A stretch of DNA of 53,453 bases from an uncultured Bifidobacteriaceae bacterium (GCA_964391765.1 CAYMNG010000001.1:25812-79264), one strand, 5' to 3'. Positions 36,568-44,732 are shown, counted from the stretch's first letter. Translations and numbers: made by a program. The notes: generated by a model not told the origin, from the letters alone.

Positions 36568-37436
36568 GCCAACGGTGGCGAGTGATCGATCTGCTCGCGC
36601 ACGACGGACCGATCGGTTGCCGACCGGGGCGCATCCTCGTCCACGACGTCGAGGTGCCGTTGAGCGACGTCGCGTGCATCCTCGCCGGCAAGGACCTGCA
36701 GTGGTCCGGGTCCCTGGTAGCGATGGCGGCCAAGTACGAGGTGCCGATCGTGTCGTGCGACTGGCGCGGAGTACCCCTCGCCGTGACCGCGCCATGGTCG
36801 TCGAATTCCCGCGTCGCGACGCGCCACCACGCGCAGTGCGACATGAGCCTTCCGCGCAAGAAGAACGCATGGATGCGCCTCGTACGAGCGAAGATCGTCG
36901 GTCAGGCGGAGAATCTGCCCTCACCGTTTCGCGAACGGCTTGAGGTCATGGCACGGGCCGTTCGGTCCGGCGACCCCGACAACCTTGAGGCTCGCGCGGC
37001 CCGGGCGTACTGGTCTCGGGTGTTCACCGACCCGACGTTCAGTCGCGACCTCGACGGATCTGGCCGGAACGCGTTGTTGAACTATGGCTACGCGGTCCTC
37101 CGCGGCTACGTGATCCGAGCGATCGTCGTCGCTGGCCTGTTGCCGACCCTGGGTGTGTTCCATCGCAATCGCTCGAACGCGTTCGGACTCGCGGACGACC
37201 TCATCGAGCCCTTCCGTCCGGCCGTCGATCATGTGGTCGGGCAGCTTCCTGCTGACGCGTCCCTCGCCGATCGAACGGTGAAGGCCGCCCTCGTCGCGAC
37301 CACCGGCATGCCGATGGGGCCAGGGGGCGTTTCGGTGCTCGCCGCGGTCAACGATCTCGCTAAGGCATTCGCGTTGTATGCCGAGGGGCGAAGCGATCGG
37401 CTTGAGGTGCCTACCTGGACGACTCGGAATGGCTGA
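36564..37436 (+). CDS. cas1: CRISPR-associated integrase Cas1
   Basis: The GTG at 36564 overlaps the cas9 TGA (GTGA). 290 aa with NALLNYGYAVLRG and GVFHRNRSNAFGLADDLIEPFRP. Confidence 0.9.
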   Translation: MSQRWRVIDLLAHDGPIGCRPGRILVHDVEVPLSDVACILAGKDLQWSGSLVAMAAKYEVPIVSCDWRGVPLAVTAPWSSNSRVATRHHAQCDMSLPRKKNAWMRLVRAKIVGQAENLPSPFRERLEVMARAVRSGDPDNLEARAARAYWSRVFTDPTFSRDLDGSGRNALLNYGYAVLRGYVIRAIVVAGLLPTLGVFHRNRSNAFGLADDLIEPFRPAVDHVVGQLPADASLADRTVKAALVATTGMPMGPGGVSVLAAVNDLAKAFALYAEGRSDRLEVPTWTTRNG

Positions 37437-37776
37437 TCCCGTGTGGGTGCTGTTGATGTTCGACCTGCCCGTGAAGACGAAGGCGCAGCGAAGGCGCGCG
37501 ACCCAGTACCGCAAGATGCTGCTCGATCTGGGCTTCAGCCAGGTGCAGTACAGCGTGTACTCGAAGTACCTCGTCAACGCGTCCGGGCTCCGCGGGCTCA
37601 TCCCCTGGCTACGCGAGGGGGTGCCGGCCAACGGCGAGGTTCGCGTCCTGCGCCTGACCGACGAGCAGTGGGCCTCGACCTACCGGTACTACGGCCCGGA
37701 GCAGATCCCGGTCGAAGGCAGGCCCGAGCAGCTCGGGCTGTTCTTCGAAGCCGACGACGGAGAAATGCCCTTCTGA
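37429..37776 (+). CDS. cas2: CRISPR-associated protein Cas2
   Basis: ORF 37378..37776, trimmed to the ATG at 37429 (8-nt overlap with cas1). MADPVWVLLMFDLPVKTKAQRRRATQYRKMLLDLGFSQVQYSVY is ferredoxin-like. Length is 115 aa. Confidence 0.85.
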   Translation: MADPVWVLLMFDLPVKTKAQRRRATQYRKMLLDLGFSQVQYSVYSKYLVNASGLRGLIPWLREGVPANGEVRVLRLTDEQWASTYRYYGPEQIPVEGRPEQLGLFFEADDGEMPF

Positions 37777-37890
37777 CGCCGCTGAGGGCGCCGCGCCGGG
37801 ACGGTTTCCGACCTCAGCGCCGCCCGACATGAAACGGACGAACTCGGACATTCCTGCCAGTCAAAGACGGGTGAATCGGGACAAATCTGC

Positions 37891-37924
37891 ACTTCAGGTC
37901 GCCCCCGAAGGGGCGACCTGAAGT
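37891..37924 (-). terminator. 15-bp perfect hairpin with a cUUCGg tetraloop (minus-strand sense), overlapping the first 5 nt of the cas2-proximal repeat
   Basis: ACTTCAGGTCGCCCC-CGAA-GGGGCGACCTGAAGT on the plus strand, so the minus-strand loop reads UUCG. On the minus strand it is followed by GCAGATTTGT. Confidence 0.55.
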
Positions 37925-39493
37925 CTATTGCGGAGAGACGAAGACACTTCCCAACAGGGGACGGGGACGGTGTTCGCGGCCCCGAAGTCTATTGCGGAGA
38001 GACGAAGACACTTCCCAACAGAGCACCGGGAAGCGGCCCTTGTTCCGGAAGTCTATTGCGGAGAGACGAAGACACTTCCCAACCATAGGCCCAGCCCTTC
38101 GCGAAGCCAGTGAAGTCTATTGCGGAGAGACGAAGACACTTCCCAACCGGTCCCGCACCGGCAGCAGTGCGATGGGAAGTCTATTGCGGAGAGACGAAGA
38201 CACTTCCCAACGGCGAGTGCGGGGAGTCCGTCGAGCACAGAAGTCTATTGCGGAGAGACGAAGACACTTCCCAACCCGGGCTGGGTCCGAAGACTGGACG
38301 ACGGGAAGTCTATTGCGGAGAGACGAAGACACTTCCCAACTCGTCGACAGTGAGTGCGGCCGCACGGTGAAGTCTATTGCGGAGAGACGAAGACACTTCC
38401 CAACCATCCCGGTGCCCGGAACGTTCCCCACGGAAGTCTATTGCGGAGAGACGAAGACACTTCCCAACTGAACTCGTCTTGGCGCATGAAGCGGGCGAAG
38501 TCTATTGCGGAGAGACGAAGACACTTCCCAACTGGCTGTGCTCCGCGTGGTCGAGCGTGAGGAAGTCTATTGCGGAGAGACGAAGACACTTCCCAACCTG
38601 CCGGTGAAGACGACGAGGTTGTTGAGAAGTCTATTGCGGAGAGACGAAGACACTTCCCAACGGTCGCTCTGACTGGTGTCGAGGTCGCGGAAGTCTATTG
38701 CGGAGAGACGAAGACACTTCCCAACCGACCATTGCGCTGCGATTTCCCGTTGCGAAGTCTATTGCGGAGAGACGAAGACACTTCCCAACGCGTCAGCATC
38801 ATCACCGCCGACTTTTCGAAGTCTATTGCGGAGAGACGAAGACACTTCCCAACCGGGTGATGGACTCGCCGACCGTGATGCGAAGTCTATTGCGGAGAGA
38901 CGAAGACACTTCCCAACCGTGCGAGCGATCCCCATCGAGCGGTTGGAAGTCTATTGCGGAGAGACGAAGACACTTCCCAACAGGTCCAGGCCCATGAGCG
39001 TCATCGCGGGAAGTCTATTGCGGAGAGACGAAGACACTTCCCAACATCTAAGTATGGTTTCCGCGTCGTGTCAGAAGTCTATTGCGGAGAGACGAAGACA
39101 CTTCCCAACGGTGGTTCGCGCGGCGGCCGGACGCCACGAAGTCTATTGCGGAGAGACGAAGACACTTCCCAACGCGACCCACACGACCGACGACTGCGGC
39201 GGAAGTCTATTGCGGAGAGACGAAGACACTTCCCAACTGTGGGCGGCGTGGGATGCCACGGGGAAGAAGTCTATTGCGGAGAGACGAAGACACTTCCCAA
39301 CGATTCACCGGGACAGCCGTCCTGCCGATGAAGTCTATTGCGGAGAGACGAAGACACTTCCCAACCGCCGTGCAGGTTCGCGCCGTGCAGGTTGAAGTCT
39401 ATTGCGGAGAGACGAAGACACTTCCCAACCGCGAATGGCACACCGGCCGCGCGGTCCGAAGTCTATTGCGGAGAGACGAAGACACTTCCCAAC
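37920..39493 (-). CRISPR. CRISPR array: 25 identical 36-bp repeats and 24 spacers
   Basis: Plus-strand repeat GAAGTCTATTGCGGAGAGACGAAGACACTTCCCAAC; functional minus-strand form GTTGGGAAGTGTCTTCGTCTCTCCGCAATAGACTTC. Repeat starts are 37920, 37984, 38048, 38112, 38176, 38240, 38305, 38369, 38433, 38497, 38562, then every 64 nt to 39458. Spacers are 28 nt, except 29 nt at 38276-38304 and 38533-38561. Orientation is inferred from tracrRNA complementarity. Confidence 0.97.
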
Positions 39494-39545
39494 GCCGTTG
39501 GCTGCAGCGGACTTCGCCGCTGCAGCAACGAGCGTTGGGAAGTCC
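39484..39545 (-). promoter_or_regulatory. leader-proximal compound hairpin: an anti-repeat-like leader segment pairs with the first repeat
   Basis: GTTGGGAAGT (39534-39543, plus strand) is the reverse complement of ACTTCCCAAC (39484-39493), the end of the last plus-strand repeat. The two arms enclose a perfect 10-bp hairpin GCTGCAGCGG-ACTTCG-CCGCTGCAGC (39501-39526). Confidence 0.6.
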
Positions 39546-39668
39546 ACGATCTCGCTTCGCGCGACGGTCCAGACGCATCGCCGCGTTCGGTTGACCCGGT
39601 TCGCTGCGCACCTCCCGTCGCTCTTCCCGGCGCCAACCACGCGGTGATGAAGGCCGGCGCCCGAATTG

Positions 39669-39959
39669 TCACCCGTGCGAAGGCGCCGAAAGCACTGCCA
39701 CCTCGCCGACCTTGAGTTTGCAGCGGGTCCCGAGGCGCAACACGCGCGGCAACCTCAAGATTGGCGAGATAGGTGAATGGCGTTGGCCTGCTGCGTAAAT
39801 TGGGTTTGGGTGGTTGCCGATGTCGAGGACAGTTCCGTGCTGATCGACGATCCGGTCGCCGACCTCGGCCTCCCATGCCGACGCCACCACGAAGGCAGAA
39901 CCCGCGCCGGCCGGGACATTCACCTCCCGACCCGAGGGAACCTGCACCTGGCGGTCTCC
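39669..39959 (-). other. possible small orphan ORF or gene remnant between the CRISPR leader and the SnoaL-like gene
   Basis: This is the C-terminal part of ORF 39669..40196. Third-position GC is high only in the ...VNVPAGAGSAFVVASAWEAEVGDRIVDQ segment and falls afterwards. I recognise no family, and there is no clear start. Confidence 0.2.
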
Positions 39960-40074
39960 CCTCGGCCGGATCCACCAACACACCCCTCCCGACCTCCTCC
40001 CACCAATACCCTCACCACCAGCACCCGACGACGGCGCGACACCGCCGTTCTGACCGAATCGAACGGAGGAACCA

Positions 40075-40467
40075 GTGCGCGCTTTCCGCGAAGCCGTCGA
40101 GGCCCGAGACGTCGCGGCCATCGAGGCCCTGCTTGCCGACGACGTCGTCTTCACCAGCCCAGTCGTGTTCAAGCCGTACACCGGCAAGGCCGTCACCGCC
40201 GCGATCCTTCGCGGCGTGCTGCGCGTGTTCGAGGACTTCCGCTATGTGCGTGAGATCAGCAGCTCGGACGGCCGCGACCATGTGCTGATCTTCCAGACCG
40301 TTGTCGACGGTAAGCAGATCACCGGATGCGACATCCTGCACGTCGACGACGACGGCCGTATCGATGACTTCGTCGTCATGGTCCGCCCGCTGTCCGGAGC
40401 GCAAGCGCTCGCTGCGGCGATGAGCGCGCAGTTCGACCGGATTCTGGCCGAGGCGGCCGGACCGTAG
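40075..40467 (+). CDS. SnoaL-like / NTF2-fold protein
   Basis: 130 aa, GTG start after GGAGGAACCA. FREAVEARDVAAIEALLADDVVFTSPV... is a typical SnoaL_2 N-terminus. Confidence 0.75.
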   Translation: MRAFREAVEARDVAAIEALLADDVVFTSPVVFKPYTGKAVTAAILRGVLRVFEDFRYVREISSSDGRDHVLIFQTVVDGKQITGCDILHVDDDGRIDDFVVMVRPLSGAQALAAAMSAQFDRILAEAAGP

Positions 40468-40480
40468 TCCGCCCGGCGGG

Positions 40481-40999
40481 CTACGGCGTCGGGACGTGCA
40501 ACCGGAACACGTGCGTCCACCCGTCCGGACCCAGGTTCGTCGACACGACCTGGCCCGTCGCACCCGCGTACTTCCCTGCACCGCCGATCACCGGGCGAAT
40601 CACCCGAATCCCGACCGCGAGCGTGCCGGCACCCGTCGGGTAGAGCGACGACCCACCGACGACGAGTTGGTCCTCCGTCCGGCCGAGCACGAACACCAGA
40701 TTCGTCGACCGGGCCTCCTGATCGCCCGGCAGGCCCAACGCCGTCGTGGTCAACGTGCCCGTCATGTACTGCCCGTCGCGCGCGACCCCGTTCACCGCGA
40801 TCGGGATGAAGTACGTCCGCACCGCGCCCAGACCCGAACCGGTCACGCTCGTCGGCGCCAACGGCTGGTGGTAGACGGTCACCGTCGTCACCGGATCACG
40901 CGGGGCCGCCTGCGCGGCCACGCCCATGCCGGATACACCCACGCCGGTCACGCCCAATGCGACGACGACTGCCACGATGACTGCCCGAGCGAGTCTCAT
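40481..40999 (-). CDS. secreted beta-rich protein, hypothetical (possibly dirigent/allene-oxide-cyclase-like barrel)
   Basis: ORF 40481..41071, trimmed to MRLARAVIVAVVVALGVTGVGVSGMGVAAQA (signal peptide). The family guess is weak. Confidence 0.55.
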   Translation of the reverse strand: MRLARAVIVAVVVALGVTGVGVSGMGVAAQAAPRDPVTTVTVYHQPLAPTSVTGSGLGAVRTYFIPIAVNGVARDGQYMTGTLTTTALGLPGDQEARSTNLVFVLGRTEDQLVVGGSSLYPTGAGTLAVGIRVIRPVIGGAGKYAGATGQVVSTNLGPDGWTHVFRLHVPTP

Positions 41000-41069
41000 G
41001 ACGGCGACGGTAGCCCGTTGCCGGCTCGATGACGTCGGAGGGCACGCGGCGGCCCCGCATACTGGGCGC

Positions 41070-42080
41070 ATGCGGCTTCACGGCGCCCGCCTCCTCGGCG
41101 CGGTCGCGGCCGTCGCGGTCGCCGTCGCCACACTGGGGCAGTTGGCGCCACCGGTCCGCGCCGACGCCACGGCCAAGGCTCGCGCCGCGCCAACGGGCGC
41201 CCTCCCGGGCACGGACTGCCCGGTGTTCCCCGCCGACAACTACTGGCACGCGCCCATCGACCGACTTCCCGTCCATCGGCAGTCCGCCGCGTGGCTTCGC
41301 ACGATGGGGGCGTCTACAACGCGGCTCCACCCGGACTTCGGCCCGAGCCTGGGGCAACAGCCCGTGCCGTACGGCATTCCGATCACGGTCGTGCGCGGCG
41401 GCGCACGCGTCCGTGTGCAGTTCGAGTACGCCGACGAGAGCGACCCCGTGCGCTACCCCCTCGACTCCCGCACCCGCATCGAGGGCGGAGCGGCCGCCAG
41501 TGGCGACCGGCACGCGATCGTCGTCGACGCCGACGACTGCACGCTGTTCGAGACCTGGAACACCCGACGCACGGCAGCCGGATGGACGGTCGGCTCGGGG
41601 GCCGTATGGTCCCTGCGGTCGAACCGATTGCGCCCGCGGGGATGGACGTCGGCCGATGCCGCAGGCCTGCCGATCCTCCCGGGACTGCTGCGGTGGGACG
41701 AGGTCGCCGCCGGCGCGGTCGACCACGCGATTCGGTTCACCACGGACGTGACCCGGCGCGCGTTCGTCTGGCCGGCACGGCACCAGGCCGGGGCGACCGA
41801 CGATCCGGCCGCGCCTCCGATGGGGGCGCGATTCCGCCTGCGAGCCGACTTCGACGTCCGCCGATACTCCCCACCGGCCCGGGTCGTCCTCCGCGCGATG
41901 CGCCAGTACGGTCTCGTCCTCGCCGACAACGGAACCGCCTGGTACTTCCAGGGAACGGCCGACAGCAGGTGGCCCATCTCCCTGATCGACGAGCTCACGT
42001 CGATCCCGGCGAGCGCCTTCGAAGCCGTCGACACCGCGCGGCTTCGGGTACGCCCCGGATCGGCGCAGGCCCGATCGTGA
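41070..42080 (+). CDS. secreted conserved hypothetical protein
   Basis: ORF 40926..42080, trimmed to the ATG at 41070. It has a signal peptide (...VRADA) and a well-behaved composition with high third-position GC. No family is recognised. Confidence 0.65.
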   Translation: MRLHGARLLGAVAAVAVAVATLGQLAPPVRADATAKARAAPTGALPGTDCPVFPADNYWHAPIDRLPVHRQSAAWLRTMGASTTRLHPDFGPSLGQQPVPYGIPITVVRGGARVRVQFEYADESDPVRYPLDSRTRIEGGAAASGDRHAIVVDADDCTLFETWNTRRTAAGWTVGSGAVWSLRSNRLRPRGWTSADAAGLPILPGLLRWDEVAAGAVDHAIRFTTDVTRRAFVWPARHQAGATDDPAAPPMGARFRLRADFDVRRYSPPARVVLRAMRQYGLVLADNGTAWYFQGTADSRWPISLIDELTSIPASAFEAVDTARLRVRPGSAQARS

Positions 42081-42263
42081 CCCACGCCGCTACCATGCAA
42101 GGGCACTGACGCCGCCCGAAGACTGGACAACCGATGCCCGGCACAAGACCCGGCCTTGCCCTGGGACCGTATCCACCCGAAACGCACTGACGTGGCCCGC
42201 CGCACCCGCACGACCAAGCAGGCCGACCTTCGCCTGAGCGACCACCAGTGGCGTGAGGAGGTC

Positions 42264-44333
42264 ATGCAGTCCCGGATCTGGCTGCCGGCGCTGATCGTGG
42301 GATACGTCGGGGTCGCCCTGCTGCTCATCCTGCCCTTCGAGTCGCAGCGGTGGGACTTCGTCCGGCTGTGCACGACGCTGATCCCCCTCGTCGTCATGCT
42401 CGGCGCGGCCCTGGCCATGCCGGCCGGAGTTCGCGGGGTCTGGTGGTCGCTCTTCGCGTTCCAGGCGTTGACGATGGCCGCCCTGGCCGTCGCGGATTTC
42501 GAGGCCGCCGGTGACTACGCCGCGGTCTGGCGGCCGAGTTGGGCCGACGTCGTCGCCCTCGTCGCGTACGCACCCGTCCTCGTCGCCCTCGCCGTCCTCA
42601 TCCATCGGCTCAATCCCGGCAGGGACCGGGAGGCCTGGATCGACAGTTCGATCGTCACGGTCGCCGCGGTCTCGGTCTTCTCGCTGTTCCTCATCGTCCC
42701 GGTCGTGTCCGATCCCCTGCTCGGCGCGGCGGGCGTCAGCGTGGCCCTGGCCTACCTGCTGCTCGATCTCGGCGTCCTGTCCGGGCTCATCTGGGTCCTC
42801 GTCGGCGGCGGGCGACCACGCCTGTCACTGATGCTGGTCGCGGTCGGCTTCACCTTGACGCTGGCCGCCGACGTGCTGCGGGACCTCGCCCTCGTCGGCG
42901 TCGCCACGGTCACGTCGAGCGCGCTGCTCACCGCGCTGCGGGTCGCGGCGCTCGTGACGATGACCGGCGCCGCCACCAGCGCCAGCGCCGTGCTGATCGC
43001 CGAACCGAGGGCGAACCGCAATCCCCGGGTCAGCGCGCCGCGACTGGCCGTCCTCGCCGGCGGTGCGCTGATCGTGCCGGCGCTGGTCTCGGTTCGGCTG
43101 TGGAACGGCGGTGGTGACCAGATCACGCTCCTGCTGTCCTTGGCCGCGATCATCGTGATCATCCTCGCGGTGTGGCGCATCAAGATCCTCGTCACGACCG
43201 TCGACCAGCAGCGCCAGGTCTCCGAACTCGTCCTCGACTCCGCGGGCGACGGGATCATCGGCCTGGACCGGCAGGGATTCGTGCTGTTCGCGAACCTGTC
43301 CGCCCGCCGGATGCTGCGCTGCCGGGAGACCGACCTCCTCGGCCGACGCTTCCACGACGTCGCCCACCACGAATACCCCGACGGCCGCACGTTCCCGTGG
43401 CCGGACTGCCCGGTCCACCGCCTGGTCGGCACGGGGCGGGCCGCACTGATCTCCGACCAGGTCTACCTGCGTCGGGACGGCACGACGTTCCCGGTCGAGA
43501 TCGTCATGTCGCCACTGCGCGTGGACGGCGTCGTGACCGGTGCGGTGCAGTCCTTCCGCGACGTGTCGGACCGGCACGCCGTCGACGAGCTCAAGCGGCA
43601 GTTCGTCTCCGTCGTGAGCCACGAACTGCGAACACCACTGACGTCGATCAAGGGCAGCCTGCAGATGCTCGACTCCGGCCTGGTCGGCGATCTCGCCCCC
43701 GACCAGGCCGAGCTGGTGGCGATGGCGGTGAAGAACAGCGACCGGCTCAGCGAGTTGGTGAACGACATCCTCGACCTCGAACGCCTCGACGCCGGCCGGC
43801 TACCGCTGGTACCCGAGGCCGTCGGTGCCCGCGCGCTCGCGGCGTCCGTCGTCGAGTCGCTGTCCGGCGCCGCACGGGCGGCTGACGTCCCCTTGCACCT
43901 CGAGGTCGACCAGTCGGAGCCGGACGCGCTCGTATGGGTCGACCCGCACCGTATGGCCCAGGTGCTGAGCAACCTGCTCGGCAACGCGGTCAAGTTCAGC
44001 GAGCACGGCTCGCCGATCCGCGTGCGGGTCGCCGGCGACGCCGAGACCGTCACGATCTCCGTCGCCGACTCCGGCCGCGGGATCCCGGCCGACCAGCTCG
44101 ACGCGGTGTTCGAGCGGTTCGGCCAGGTCGACGCCGGCGACTCACGGCGTGACAGCGGAACCGGCCTGGGCCTGGCGATCGCGCGCGAGATCACGATCCG
44201 CAGCGGCGGCGAGATCACCGTGTCGAGTACGGTCGGAGTCGGCACGACGTTCACCGTCGCCCTGCCGCGCCACTACGACGACGAGGAACAACCGGCCCCC
44301 GAGCCCGTTCCCGCGGATGGGAGCCTTCGGTGA
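42264..44333 (+). CDS. membrane sensor histidine kinase with a PAS domain
   Basis: ORF 42156..44333, trimmed to the ATG at 42264 after GAGGAGG. It has about 8 TM helices, a PAS domain (GIIGLDRQGFVLFAN...), H-box SHELRTPL and an HATPase domain (GTGLGLAIAREI). Confidence 0.85.
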   Translation: MQSRIWLPALIVGYVGVALLLILPFESQRWDFVRLCTTLIPLVVMLGAALAMPAGVRGVWWSLFAFQALTMAALAVADFEAAGDYAAVWRPSWADVVALVAYAPVLVALAVLIHRLNPGRDREAWIDSSIVTVAAVSVFSLFLIVPVVSDPLLGAAGVSVALAYLLLDLGVLSGLIWVLVGGGRPRLSLMLVAVGFTLTLAADVLRDLALVGVATVTSSALLTALRVAALVTMTGAATSASAVLIAEPRANRNPRVSAPRLAVLAGGALIVPALVSVRLWNGGGDQITLLLSLAAIIVIILAVWRIKILVTTVDQQRQVSELVLDSAGDGIIGLDRQGFVLFANLSARRMLRCRETDLLGRRFHDVAHHEYPDGRTFPWPDCPVHRLVGTGRAALISDQVYLRRDGTTFPVEIVMSPLRVDGVVTGAVQSFRDVSDRHAVDELKRQFVSVVSHELRTPLTSIKGSLQMLDSGLVGDLAPDQAELVAMAVKNSDRLSELVNDILDLERLDAGRLPLVPEAVGARALAASVVESLSGAARAADVPLHLEVDQSEPDALVWVDPHRMAQVLSNLLGNAVKFSEHGSPIRVRVAGDAETVTISVADSGRGIPADQLDAVFERFGQVDAGDSRRDSGTGLGLAIAREITIRSGGEITVSSTVGVGTTFTVALPRHYDDEEQPAPEPVPADGSLR

Positions 44334-44701
44334 GGCGACGGATCGTCGTGGTCGACGACGACGACGACGTCCGTCGGCTGTTGGTCATGAGCCTGGCGCG
44401 AGTCGGCGGGTACGACGTGCGCGAGGCGGATTCGGGCGCTGCCTGCCTGGCCGAGCTCGAGCGTGACCTCCCCGACCTCGTCGTCCTCGACGTGATGATG
44501 CCGGTCCTCGACGGCCCGGCGACCTTGGAGCTCATCCGCACCCACCCACTGACCGAGCACCTGCCGGTGGTGTTCCTCACCGCCGGCGTCGTCGACTCCG
44601 ATATCGAGCGTCTGCGGACGCTGCCGGTCTCCGGCGTCCTGCGCAAGCCGTTCGACCCGATGGCGCTGCCGGGCCAGGTCGCCGCGATCGCGGGCTGGTA
44701 G
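44330..44701 (+). CDS. single-domain response regulator (receiver only)
   Basis: 123 aa; the GTG overlaps the kinase stop. Motifs VVVDDDDD, VLDVMMPVLDG and KPF are present. There is no output domain. Confidence 0.85.
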   Translation: MRRRIVVVDDDDDVRRLLVMSLARVGGYDVREADSGAACLAELERDLPDLVVLDVMMPVLDGPATLELIRTHPLTEHLPVVFLTAGVVDSDIERLRTLPVSGVLRKPFDPMALPGQVAAIAGW

Positions 44702-44732
44702 GTCGGCCGCCGCGCTGACGTAGGCTGCCGAA

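Noticed and set aside
39534-39545. A possible 26th, degenerate CRISPR repeat beyond the array.
   Set aside because: Only 10-11 nt match, and they are in inverted orientation relative to the array repeats. It is better explained as a leader element pairing with the first repeat (see findings).
37928-39647. Dozens of overlapping ORFs on both strands sharing peptides such as MRRDEDTSQ, SIAERRRHFPT and EVYCGETKTLPN (a possible repeat-protein family).
   Set aside because: They are translations of the 36-bp CRISPR repeat in different frames, recurring with the 64-nt array period. They are not genes.
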